Shown here piece after piece: positions 1 to 8,492 of a stretch of 64,000 nt of DNA; position 1 is the first letter of the stretch, and every line of letters begins with the position of its first letter. The notes below the pieces were generated by a model that saw nothing but the letters and a program-made list of their open reading frames with translations, did not search any database and was not told the origin of the DNA. The translations under genes and the position numbers were made by a program. The stretch is from Ktedonobacteraceae bacterium (lineage in GTDB: Bacteria > Chloroflexota > Ktedonobacteria > Ktedonobacterales > Ktedonobacteraceae), in assembly GCA_034438015.1 (NCBI GenBank), contig DAOTTD010000185.1:31908-95907 (forward strand), in the 5' to 3' direction.

Positions 1-53
1 CTTGCTCCTTCCCCTCACGAGCAAAAAGTAGAGGTCCCCTATCCAGAAGCGTT

Positions 54-1181
54 TCACTCCGAGGAGTGGGTTCCCGTATGCCCTACGGTACGTTCCAATG
101 CCTTGTCTAAGATGTTGCACGCCGCGTTATGATCGCGATCGAGTACCACACCGCAGCTCGTGCAGATGTGTGTGCGCACGCTCAAGCTTTTCTTGATGCG
201 TGTGCCACACTCCGAACAATCCTGACTGGTGTAGTGTGGTGCGACTTTGATCACGGTGATGGCATGCATCGCACCATAGGCGCAGACCCAGGTGAGAAAC
301 AAACTCCATGCTACATCATTGATCGATTTCGCGAGATGGTGATTGCGCACCATATTGGCTATCTTCAAGTCTTCAAAAGCAATCAGATCGTGAGATGTGA
401 TCAGCGCGTTTGCCTGCTTTCGGGCAAAATCTTCACGCTGCCTCTGGACCTTGAGATATCCCTTTGCCAGTTGCTTTCTGGCCTTCTTGCGATTGCTGCT
501 CTTCTTCTGTTTGCGGGAGAGTTGGCGGTGCAACCGCTTGAGTTTCTTTTCTGCCGATGCGTAGAAGCGCGGGTTGTCAACCGTTCGCCCTTCTGAGTCG
601 GTGTAGTAGGCTTTGAGTCCTACATCAATGCCCAGATCGACGCCGGTAGGAACGTGCTCAATCACGCGCTCTGCCTGCACTGCGAACTGACAATAGAACC
701 CATCTGCACGCTTGATAATGCGTACCCGTTTGAGTCTCTTCACAGGAAAGGTCTCGATATCACGCGTGCCCACAAGGCGCAATCTTCCTATCCTGCAGCC
801 ATCGGTGAAGGTGATGTGCTTGCCATCTCCGTCCAGCTTCCAGCCTGTTGTTTTGTATTCCACCGAGCGATTATCGTGCTGGAAAGTGGGATAGCCCTTC
901 TTCCCAGGTTTCTTTGTTTTGCAGTTGTCATAGAAACGGGAGATGGCAAACCATGCGCGGTCTGCTGCTGCTTGACGTGCCTGGGAGTTGAGAGAAGAGG
1001 CAAACGAGTACTCGCGGGCGAGAACAGCACAGTAGCATTGAAGATCGTTCTTTGAGACGCCACGCTCATCCATCCACTTACGTAGACAGGTATTACGGAT
1101 GAACTGCACAACTCTGAGAGCCTCCTCAATTGCGGCGTATTGCTGTTTCGTGCCATCTATCTTGTACTCGTAGATCAACAT
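54..1181 (-). CDS. tnpB: TnpB (IS605 OrfB) RNA-guided endonuclease / transposon accessory protein
   Basis: 375 aa. RuvC-I D in GIDVGLKAY, RuvC-II E in AFEDLKI, zinc ribbon CSECG...CTSCG, RuvC-III D in DRDHNAACNI. Confidence 0.95.
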   Translation of the reverse strand: MLIYEYKIDGTKQQYAAIEEALRVVQFIRNTCLRKWMDERGVSKNDLQCYCAVLAREYSFASSLNSQARQAAADRAWFAISRFYDNCKTKKPGKKGYPTFQHDNRSVEYKTTGWKLDGDGKHITFTDGCRIGRLRLVGTRDIETFPVKRLKRVRIIKRADGFYCQFAVQAERVIEHVPTGVDLGIDVGLKAYYTDSEGRTVDNPRFYASAEKKLKRLHRQLSRKQKKSSNRKKARKQLAKGYLKVQRQREDFARKQANALITSHDLIAFEDLKIANMVRNHHLAKSINDVAWSLFLTWVCAYGAMHAITVIKVAPHYTSQDCSECGTRIKKSLSVRTHICTSCGVVLDRDHNAACNILDKALERTVGHTGTHSSE

Positions 1182-1576
1182 TAGCTTTTACTCTGCCTCT
1201 CAATATATGCGCTTACCGTGTCCTGGCTGACGAATCCCGCCGTGCTGTAGAACGTTGATCGTGTCCAGAGCGATGGCATTCTCATCAAATGGGGAAAGGT
1301 TTCTCTCAGATCATGAGAGGAACGACCCTTGATGAGCCTTGCAATATCGGTTGGCAAGGTATAGGGATTCGTTTGAATGAAGAGATGCACATGGTCTGGT
1401 TGGATAGCGAGCTGAACGATCTGCCAGCCATTTTCTTGCGCAACCTCTTCAATGATCTGCTTGAGACCGTCATACACTGGCCCTACCAGAACTTTTTTTC
1501 GCCGTTTCGGGCAGAAAATGAGGTGGTAGAGCATGTGGTGAACGGTATGCTGTTCGTGAATATAGTTCTCGTCCAT
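1181..1576 (-). CDS. tnpA: IS200/IS605 TnpA, Y1 (HUH) transposase
   Basis: HUH motif in PDHVHLFIQ and catalytic Tyr region SAYIERQ. ATG at 1576 gives the typical ~131 aa; the ORF-track GTG start at 1636 looks over-extended. Confidence 0.9.
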   Translation of the reverse strand: MDENYIHEQHTVHHMLYHLIFCPKRRKKVLVGPVYDGLKQIIEEVAQENGWQIVQLAIQPDHVHLFIQTNPYTLPTDIARLIKGRSSHDLRETFPHLMRMPSLWTRSTFYSTAGFVSQDTVSAYIERQSKS

Positions 1577-1662
1577 GTTGATAAGTATGGCAGATACAAC
1601 TAGAGTTGTCAACAGTTTTCCCTCTATGCCCATCACGCCGCCAACAGGCGCGAGCCATTCAT

Positions 1663-1684
1663 CCCCGCTCTCTGCGAGACGGGG
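1663..1684 (-). other. Imperfect hairpin upstream of tnpA; candidate IS left-end structure
   Basis: ccccgctctc-tgc-gagacgggg: 9-bp stem with one bulged C, at the position where IS200/IS605 LE hairpins lie. Confidence 0.4.
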
Positions 1685-1714
1685 CTTTCTGGCTTGTTCG
1701 TGTAAGCAATCTTG

Positions 1715-2101
1715 CTAGCGGGAAACGAAGAGCTGCACGATATAGAAAACGGAGGCAGCAGCAAGAAAGAAACTGAAGACGCCCGTGACGGCACGCGAAA
1801 CCGCAAACGTCCCGGTGCGTGGACGGATACAGAAGAGCGCCGTGCGCATCGTCACGATGAAGATGCCCACCAGGAATAAGAAGTTCAGAACCCGCACAGG
1901 AAACGCGCCATTGAACATAGCAAAGGTCAGAACGACGGCCCCAAAGGTCAACAGGGCGCCGACAATATCGAGGGCCGCGAATCCTACGAAAGAGATCTCA
2001 TCGAAAGAGTGTGAAAGCAGCCTGGGCGTCATGCGCCAGATGATGAATAGCCCCCCTCCATACGCAATGAGGCTCAGCAACGTCCATAGAACATTCTGCA
2101 T
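1715..2101 (-). CDS. Small integral membrane protein (about 4 TM), unknown function
   Basis: Hydrophobic segments throughout. Internal ATG at 2101 is preceded by a GGGGATGAAAG RBS-like sequence; the upstream extension to 2245 is non-hydrophobic and unlikely. Confidence 0.5.
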   Translation of the reverse strand: MQNVLWTLLSLIAYGGGLFIIWRMTPRLLSHSFDEISFVGFAALDIVGALLTFGAVVLTFAMFNGAFPVRVLNFLFLVGIFIVTMRTALFCIRPRTGTFAVSRAVTGVFSFFLAAASVFYIVQLFVSR

Positions 2102-2486
2102 ATATCTTTCATCCCCACACAATTTGGTAGTCATAACACGGTACATCTGTGCCTCTCGGCACTTGTACAGCAAAGGTACTATAACAGTACAGCCTGTTTT
2201 TCCTGTCAGGCCATTGTACCACGCCAACAGTGGCACTGTGACCATTCAGCGTGTATTGCCGGTGCGAATCTTTCCCGTTTAGCCTGGCATTCCATACGCT
2301 TGTAGACACTCTCTAACAACGGATCAGGCCGTGGGAATGGCACAAAATCGGGACTCTCTGGTGAGAGGCATTGCATGTGATACGGAGAGATTGCGGTACC
2401 AGGCAAAGAGGTACATGATATGGCTATTTTTTGACGGTTGTGTTACAGTAGAACAGGAAAACAAGCAGATGCAAGGGAGATCACCC

Positions 2487-3569
2487 ATGGCAGAACTGGT
2501 CTGGAAAGGCAAGCGCTGGCCTCTCGACCATCATGCGCACTCCTCATCCGAGTCGGCTCTCGTGTATCCAGCACCGTCTCTGATCACCCAGGCTTACTAC
2601 TATGGACAGGCAAGAGAGATCCAGGCAGGCGCAGAATGCTCATCGCCTTCCAGCTGGTACAACCGCCTGCTTCATGGCGATAAGAGCAGTATCTTGCCAG
2701 CCCTGCAACCTGAGTTTGCAGGCGCCGTCGACCTGATCTACATCGACCCACCCTTCATGACTGGTCGCACGTTTAGCACCGGAGAGCGGGTTGCTTACAG
2801 CGATACCTGGAAGAACGACCTGGATCGCTACCTACAATGGCTGTATGAGACGCTGCACCAGCTCTACACACTGCTCGCGCCGGAGGGGAGCCTCTATATC
2901 CATCTCGACTGGCGCGTTACCCATTATGCAAAGATCATGCTGGACGAGATCTTCGGTACGAGCATGCAGGTCAATGGCCCAGGTTTCAAAAATGAGATCA
3001 TCTGGCACTACCAGTCGGGCGGGCGCTCACAGAAATATTTTGCGCGCAAGCACGACACCATCTTGCTGTACACAAAATCCAGCCAATACTGTTTTCATGG
3101 TGAGCGCGTGGGCGTACGACGGGGCAAGCAGAAACGCAACCATATGCGCAAGGAGGTGGGACTCGATGGTCGTGTCTCATGGAGCATTCGTTCTGCCGGT
3201 CGCATCTACACATACAGCGAAGACGCTACAATGGCGCTGGCCGACGTCTGGAGCGATATCGGCCATCTTCACCAACGAGACCCCGAGCGCACCGGGTACG
3301 CGACCCAGAAGCCAGAGGCCCTACTAGAACGGATCATCCTGGCATCCTCCGAAGAAAATCATCTCGTGCTTGATTGTTTCTGCGGCAGTGGAGTCATGCC
3401 CGCCGTAGCCGGGCGTCTGGGGCGACGCTGGATTGCCATCGATAAAAGCGAGCTCGCCATCGCAATGACGCGCGAACGCCTGCAGGCTGACGAACAAATG
3501 CAACCTTTTGCATTGCAATACGTGAACGAAAAGGGACACATATTGGACGCCTTTCAAAAGAGCAAGTAG
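2487..3569 (+). CDS. Beta-class N6-adenine/N4-cytosine DNA methyltransferase, no adjacent restriction gene
   Basis: Motif IV DPPF (LIYIDPPFMT) precedes motif I FxGxG (LDCFCGSGVM). N-terminal LVWKGK. ATG at 2487 follows a GGGAGA RBS. Confidence 0.85.
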   Translation: MAELVWKGKRWPLDHHAHSSSESALVYPAPSLITQAYYYGQAREIQAGAECSSPSSWYNRLLHGDKSSILPALQPEFAGAVDLIYIDPPFMTGRTFSTGERVAYSDTWKNDLDRYLQWLYETLHQLYTLLAPEGSLYIHLDWRVTHYAKIMLDEIFGTSMQVNGPGFKNEIIWHYQSGGRSQKYFARKHDTILLYTKSSQYCFHGERVGVRRGKQKRNHMRKEVGLDGRVSWSIRSAGRIYTYSEDATMALADVWSDIGHLHQRDPERTGYATQKPEALLERIILASSEENHLVLDCFCGSGVMPAVAGRLGRRWIAIDKSELAIAMTRERLQADEQMQPFALQYVNEKGHILDAFQKSK

Positions 3570-3703
3570 TAAATCGCCATACAGCGATATACTACACTTG
3601 CCGACTGGTGCGCCAACATTCTCTGCAAGCAAACCTGTACAAGATATGGTACAAGGGACCGGGCAGTAATAAGCGCGGTATCCATAAGATAGGTGAAGAG
3701 AGT

Positions 3704-4513
3704 ATGCTAGAGCTACTAGAGCAATTATTCAGACAGGTACGATCCTACGCGCAAGCAGAGCGCTATGATCGCCAGCAGGTCTATCAGGTGTCGCCCAGGC
3801 GCACTACGATGCAATTCGATCGTGACGCGGAGGATATGATCATTCAGGGGCTGGTCGATAGCAACATCGGCTTCGAGGTTATCACAGAGGAAAGGCCAAC
3901 ATCCATCACCGCCCCCCATCCCCCCTATCGCATCGTGATCGACCCCATCGACGGCTCACAAAACATAGCGCGCGGGCTGATGACAGCGGCGGTCGCGCTG
4001 GCGGTCCTGCCCATCGACGAGCCGGTATTGCCCGAGAACGTGCAATGGGCGCTGGTGGGTGAACTCTTCAGCGGCACCGTCTACCAGGCGACGCGTGGGA
4101 ACGGCGCATTTCGCAACGAACGGCGCTGCCAGGCCAGTTCTGTCAAACACATTAAAGATAGCCTGGTTGGCATCAACCTGGACGAGCGCGATCAGCGTAT
4201 TCTGCACGCGCTACTCCTGGAGAAGCCAGCTTTCGGTGGCATACGGCGGACTGGAAGTGCGGCCATCGACTGCGTGTACGTAGCCAGCGGTACCTACGAC
4301 GCCTATATTGATGTTGGCGATGTGCTTACCGGCGAATCGTTCCTGGCATCGTTAAGCATCGTCCTTGAAGCGGGGGGCGTCGTCAGTGATCAGGAGGGCA
4401 AGGCTCTGCGGCCCATCACGGGACTGACCGAAGGGTATTCGATCGTTATTGCCGGCACCAAAGGGCTTCACGCTGAGATTCTGGCAAAGATTCAGGCACC
4501 CCCAAAAAAGTGA
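3704..4513 (+). CDS. Inositol monophosphatase-family phosphatase
   Basis: ITEERP, IDPIDGSQN and GSAAIDCVYVASGTYDAYI motifs. ATG at 3704 follows AGGTGAAGAGAG. Confidence 0.8.
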   Translation: MLELLEQLFRQVRSYAQAERYDRQQVYQVSPRRTTMQFDRDAEDMIIQGLVDSNIGFEVITEERPTSITAPHPPYRIVIDPIDGSQNIARGLMTAAVALAVLPIDEPVLPENVQWALVGELFSGTVYQATRGNGAFRNERRCQASSVKHIKDSLVGINLDERDQRILHALLLEKPAFGGIRRTGSAAIDCVYVASGTYDAYIDVGDVLTGESFLASLSIVLEAGGVVSDQEGKALRPITGLTEGYSIVIAGTKGLHAEILAKIQAPPKK

Positions 4514-4623
4514 GCCATCTCATGGGGATGATCACGTAGCCGCGTGATACTCTGGACAGAAATAATAATGTATAGTTGTCTTGTATCATATTAGTATATC
4601 GGTATTTTCAAGAGAAAAGCTCT

Positions 4624-5754
4624 ATGCCTATGAAGGACTCGCGTATGAAACTACAAAAACATCAGAGTGTGCAAAAATATGTATCGGCGCTCATATACAG
4701 CGGACTGGCGCTTATGCTGCTCCTGTTGAGCGCATGTGGTTCCAGCACTTCAACAACGCCGGTAAATAGCGGATTAACTGGAGCCATTGCCACGCCAGCA
4801 ATCGACCCGGTCCTCACAAGCCAGGGAACAGCCCAGCTACAATCCTTCCAGCAGTGGATCGGACTGCTCAAGCAGTACGGCGGCGACACCACGACGTACC
4901 AGCAACAGTATAGTGTGGATCTGCAGGCACTACAGCAAGCGAAAACGAACGCTGATTACAGGAGTGCGTTGAACGCCTTGAACGGCCAGGTCAATGCGAT
5001 TCAGATCCCTGCAATGAAGATAGAAGATCAGAAGTTGCAGCAACAGCTCAAGCAAGAGGTCACTGCCTGGGGGCAGCCGCACAAGCATTACAATGCCTAC
5101 GACAACACCAATTATCCGCTTGGCTACGAGTATGGCAATAACGGCATCGGCGGCTGGGTCCAGGGTGACCTGACTTCAGCGAAGACGCTGGCCGACTACC
5201 AGCAGGCCATTGAAAATCTGAATATGTACCTGTCCAACTTCCAGGCGATGAAAGACAACTCGAAGGACAGCACACCGTACAACAAAGTGCACCAATCCGA
5301 TCTCGAACTGATACAGCACTACGGCAAGACCAATCAGAAAGTGGTTGTCGTCTCTCTCGAAGAGCAGGCCATGCGCGTCTATGACAACGGCAAGCTCGTC
5401 AACGCCTTCCTGGTTACAACGGGCCGGCCCGATCGCCCGACGCCGCCGGGAGTCTGGTGGGTCGAGAGCAAACAATCGCCCACCGTATTCAAGTCAGGAG
5501 TGCCACAGGGGTCGCCCGACTGGTATCCCGACACGCCGATTAACTACGCCATGCAGTTTCATAGCGAGGGGTACTTCCTGCACGATAGCTGGTGGCGCGA
5601 TGACTACGGTCCCGGAACCAATTACCCGCACGCTGACTCCAGCGGTGACTCATTCTCGTCGCAGGGCTCGCATGGCTGCGTGAATCTTTCGAAGACTGAC
5701 GCAGGTTGGCTCTATGGATTTGTAAAGTTATATACGAGTATCATCATTTATTAA
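4624..5754 (+). CDS. Lipoprotein L,D-transpeptidase (YkuD domain)
   Basis: Lipobox LLLLSAC|GSS. C-terminal YkuD catalytic region HDSWW...GSHGCVNL. Confidence 0.85.
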   Translation: MPMKDSRMKLQKHQSVQKYVSALIYSGLALMLLLLSACGSSTSTTPVNSGLTGAIATPAIDPVLTSQGTAQLQSFQQWIGLLKQYGGDTTTYQQQYSVDLQALQQAKTNADYRSALNALNGQVNAIQIPAMKIEDQKLQQQLKQEVTAWGQPHKHYNAYDNTNYPLGYEYGNNGIGGWVQGDLTSAKTLADYQQAIENLNMYLSNFQAMKDNSKDSTPYNKVHQSDLELIQHYGKTNQKVVVVSLEEQAMRVYDNGKLVNAFLVTTGRPDRPTPPGVWWVESKQSPTVFKSGVPQGSPDWYPDTPINYAMQFHSEGYFLHDSWWRDDYGPGTNYPHADSSGDSFSSQGSHGCVNLSKTDAGWLYGFVKLYTSIIIY

Positions 5755-5755
5755 C

Positions 5756-5797
5756 AAAAAAGAGCGGAGCCGGTTCAACCGGTTCTCCGCTCTTTTG
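5756..5797. terminator. Bidirectional rho-independent terminator between convergent genes
   Basis: aaaaa-AGAGCGGAG-ccggttcaaccggtt-CTCCGCTCT-tttt: a long GC-rich hairpin flanked by an A-run and a T-run. Confidence 0.75.
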
Positions 5798-5824
5798 CAT
5801 GCATAGCCCGAAGAGTTGTGTCGT

Positions 5825-6742
5825 CTAATTCTGAGGCTTCAATATAGCACTGAAGCCCTGCCACATACCCGAGAACATAGCGTAGGACATACGCTGGAAG
5901 TTCGCAGGCGAGGAATCGGCGATGTAGACATACTGGCTATCACCACCACGCACCACAAAAATATGTCCGCCGGGATAATAGACGCTATCGCGCACACCCA
6001 CGATAATTGGTGACCCCTGGTTAGCGATGTTCACGAGGTCCTGCACGGTACGGGTATGGCTGGCATCGGTAGTAAAGCCAAAGGTCGCAGCGGTCTGGGC
6101 GATACCCTGTTCGCGCAAGAGGCCGAGTTGCACATCCCAGACGCCCAGCGCGAGCTCCTTTTGCAGCACATCGGCGGCGATCAGATGACGTCCGTAGGCG
6201 TTCATGACCATCTCCATGGCGATACCCGAACACGAGGAGTAGCTCCAGACCTGCCATTGATAGTCACTGTAGTACTGATCGCGCAGGGCAGAGTTGATAC
6301 GCTGCAAGCGGAGACTCGCCGTCAATGGGAGAGTCTGATACTGGATGACCGGGCGCACATCGGCAGGCTGCGTATAGGCTTGAAAGGTCAGATTCAGATC
6401 GTGAGAGATGCTCTGGATTGGCCCTTCGCCCAGCGTCGTCTGCATGAAGAGTGTGAGCACGAGCATGATCAAGAAGCCCAGAGAAACGAACGTACGGCGA
6501 CGCGAGTACCAGGCAGGGGGCAGGGTAAACGCAGGCACCGGCTTTTCGATTGCCACGATATTTCCTTCATGCAGGTGCAAAATAGCGGTAACGTGGCTAT
6601 CAAGCGGGTGAGCGGGTAAGCTCAACTGGGTAGCGAGTCTTTGTCTATGACGGGAGTACTCACGCCAGGCTCCGATGAGGAAGGTGGTAATGATCAGCAG
6701 CATCACCCCTAGCAAGAGGGTTGTGATGATGACAGACAACAT
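5825..6742 (-). CDS. Membrane-anchored papain-like (peptidase C39-like) protein
   Basis: N-terminal TM helix, a second TM, then a candidate Cys (SYSSCSGIAMEMVMNAYG) and His (YYPGGHIFVVRGGD). Assignment by motif resemblance only. Confidence 0.5.
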   Translation of the reverse strand: MLSVIITTLLLGVMLLIITTFLIGAWREYSRHRQRLATQLSLPAHPLDSHVTAILHLHEGNIVAIEKPVPAFTLPPAWYSRRRTFVSLGFLIMLVLTLFMQTTLGEGPIQSISHDLNLTFQAYTQPADVRPVIQYQTLPLTASLRLQRINSALRDQYYSDYQWQVWSYSSCSGIAMEMVMNAYGRHLIAADVLQKELALGVWDVQLGLLREQGIAQTAATFGFTTDASHTRTVQDLVNIANQGSPIIVGVRDSVYYPGGHIFVVRGGDSQYVYIADSSPANFQRMSYAMFSGMWQGFSAILKPQN

Positions 6743-6965
6743 ACGTAAACCTCTCTAAAAAATTTGATAGTAGCGATTTCACTGCGTTTAGTATAACTCA
6801 CCTCGCCAATGGGAGCTATATTTAGGCCAAAAACAGCCACATAGGGCTATTATTTTTGCCCTTTATTTCGATGAGATCAGCCTCGCTGGTAACCACGCAG
6901 ATCCTCCCTTCTGTAGAGATACTACGCAAGGAGGGTTGCAAAAGGTTCCCATTTTTAGGCTCAAT

Positions 6966-7169
6966 TTACTCCAGGTACTGTATTACGCACTTCATAGAGC
7001 AGAAATGCAGCCGCGTGCTCTCTGGACGCACTGCGCAGCGCGCGTGTACCTTCCGCGTGCAATAGAGATTTGCGCACGAAAGCAGGACATCTTCTTGTGA
7101 CGTATGGCAAACATGACACTGTGTATCAACCTGTGTCTCTGTGTTTTCTTGTTTTTTGATGGTGGACAT
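6966..7169 (-). CDS. 67-aa Cys-rich protein with a PHD-finger-like C4HC3 spacing
   Basis: Strong RBS AGGAGAAGG 5 nt upstream of the ATG. Pattern C18-x2-C21-x10-C32-x4-C37-x4-H42-x2-C45-x11-C57-x3-C61. Confidence 0.5.
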   Translation of the reverse strand: MSTIKKQENTETQVDTQCHVCHTSQEDVLLSCANLYCTRKVHARCAVRPESTRLHFCSMKCVIQYLE

Positions 7170-7452
7170 AGATACCTTCTCCTGACCAGACTTCTACATA
7201 GACCACACCGAATATTTTTCGGTTACGAAGAGAGTTTAGAAGGAAAAAGTGGGGAATGCAATATTGTGAGGGGGGCGCTGAAAATGGTCCTATTCCCTTT
7301 GCATTGATCATTCGTTTCCTCATTTATATCCAGCGCAGAGAATACGTGTGCTATACAATAGTGACACGACAGATGTTTCGTTCTGATCCGATCACTACTG
7401 AACAATGTTCTCAACGTCAAGCGACGCTTTCTGATGATAAGGAGCTGTAACC

Positions 7453-8301
7453 ATGTTCTACATCGGCTGCCCAATGTGGGGATATAAAGAGTGGACGGGG
7501 AGCTTTTTCCCCGCGCGTACGCCCGCCAGCGACTTTCTGCGCCTGTATAGTCGGCGACTGAATACAGTGGAGGGAAACACCGCCTTCTACGCGCTTCCGT
7601 CGGCGGAGACGGTGAGTCGATGGCGGCAGGAGACGCCGGAGACGTTTCGCTTCTGTCCCAAGGTGTCGCGCGATATTAGCCACGCGGCACGATTGGATGA
7701 GAGAAGGGACGAGGCGCTGGCCTTTGTGGAGCGCATGCGCGGGTTGGGGACGCGGCTGGGACCGATCTTTCTGCAGCTCCCCCCGGCGTTTGGACCGGCT
7801 CAGCTCGCGCAGTTGCAGGCGTTTCTCGACTTCTGGCCGAGAGAGGTACGCCTGGCGGTGGAGGTGCGCCATCCTGACTTTTTTGCACAGGCACACGCGG
7901 CGAAACTAAATGAGCTGCTCGATCGGTATAATGTGACACGGGTGCTGATGGATACACGCCCCATACGCGTCGGCCCGGCGAAAGAGCAACAGGTGTTGCA
8001 GGCAAGGGAACGGAAGCCGGACCTCCCGCTGCAGATCGCGCTCACCAGCGACATTGCCTTTGTGCGCTACATCGGCAATCCAAGCATGGAGGTGAACGAG
8101 CGCTTCCTTGCGGAATGGGCACGGCAGTTGGGGCAGTGGCTCACGCAAGGCATAACGGTCTACGCCTTCTGCCACAGTCCATTCGAAGAGCACTCGCCCG
8201 GTATCTGCGCCGAGCTCTATAAAAGGGTTGCGGCCCTCGTTCCGCTTCCACCCTTACCAGGGCAAACGGGAACGGAATTTGAGCAGGCTCGTCTGTTTTG
8301 A
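7453..8301 (+). CDS. DUF72 (YecE-like) family protein
   Basis: Typical N-terminus MFYIGCPMWGYKEWTGSFFP and NTVEGNTAFY. Confidence 0.8.
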   Translation: MFYIGCPMWGYKEWTGSFFPARTPASDFLRLYSRRLNTVEGNTAFYALPSAETVSRWRQETPETFRFCPKVSRDISHAARLDERRDEALAFVERMRGLGTRLGPIFLQLPPAFGPAQLAQLQAFLDFWPREVRLAVEVRHPDFFAQAHAAKLNELLDRYNVTRVLMDTRPIRVGPAKEQQVLQARERKPDLPLQIALTSDIAFVRYIGNPSMEVNERFLAEWARQLGQWLTQGITVYAFCHSPFEEHSPGICAELYKRVAALVPLPPLPGQTGTEFEQARLF

Positions 8302-8492
8302 CAATTGATGGGGAATAATCAAGAGCTTCTTTGCAGAAACGACGGAGGGAACAGCCATTGAGCAGGCATTGAGAGATATGTGCATTTTCTAGAGGTTCTT
8401 TTGACTTCTTACGCGCTACACTACTGAAGTAGGAGCAAAATCCTCGAGGCCACAACAGCTTTTTCAGTATAGCGGCGGAAGAAAGTGCAGCG

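Larger units (their letters stand above)
1..1700 (-). mobile_element. IS200/IS605-family insertion sequence (tnpA + tnpB). The tnpB-distal (right) end runs off the window start.
   Basis: Y1 HUH transposase and TnpB ORFs overlap by one base (TAATG at 1179-1183). A subterminal hairpin lies upstream of tnpA. Element ends were not mapped precisely. Confidence 0.8.

Noticed and set aside
9-20. 12-mer TTCCCCTCACGA shared between the 3' flank of the first tnpB (9-20) and the 3' end of the second tnpB-like gene (~13873-13884)
   Set aside because: The two occurrences have opposite orientation relative to their tnpB genes, and the surrounding sequence does not align. Probably coincidence rather than a shared omega-RNA or end motif.
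2331-2486. N-terminal extensions given by the ORF track (for example MTase from 2331, IMPase 3608, adk 51816, valS 30959, ecfT 21305, lysR 27154, hhyS 36751, hypC 47167, hypD 49108, hypE 50317)
   Set aside because: In each case an internal start preceded by a good Shine-Dalgarno sequence coincides with the conserved protein N-terminus. The extensions have odd composition or overlap upstream genes.
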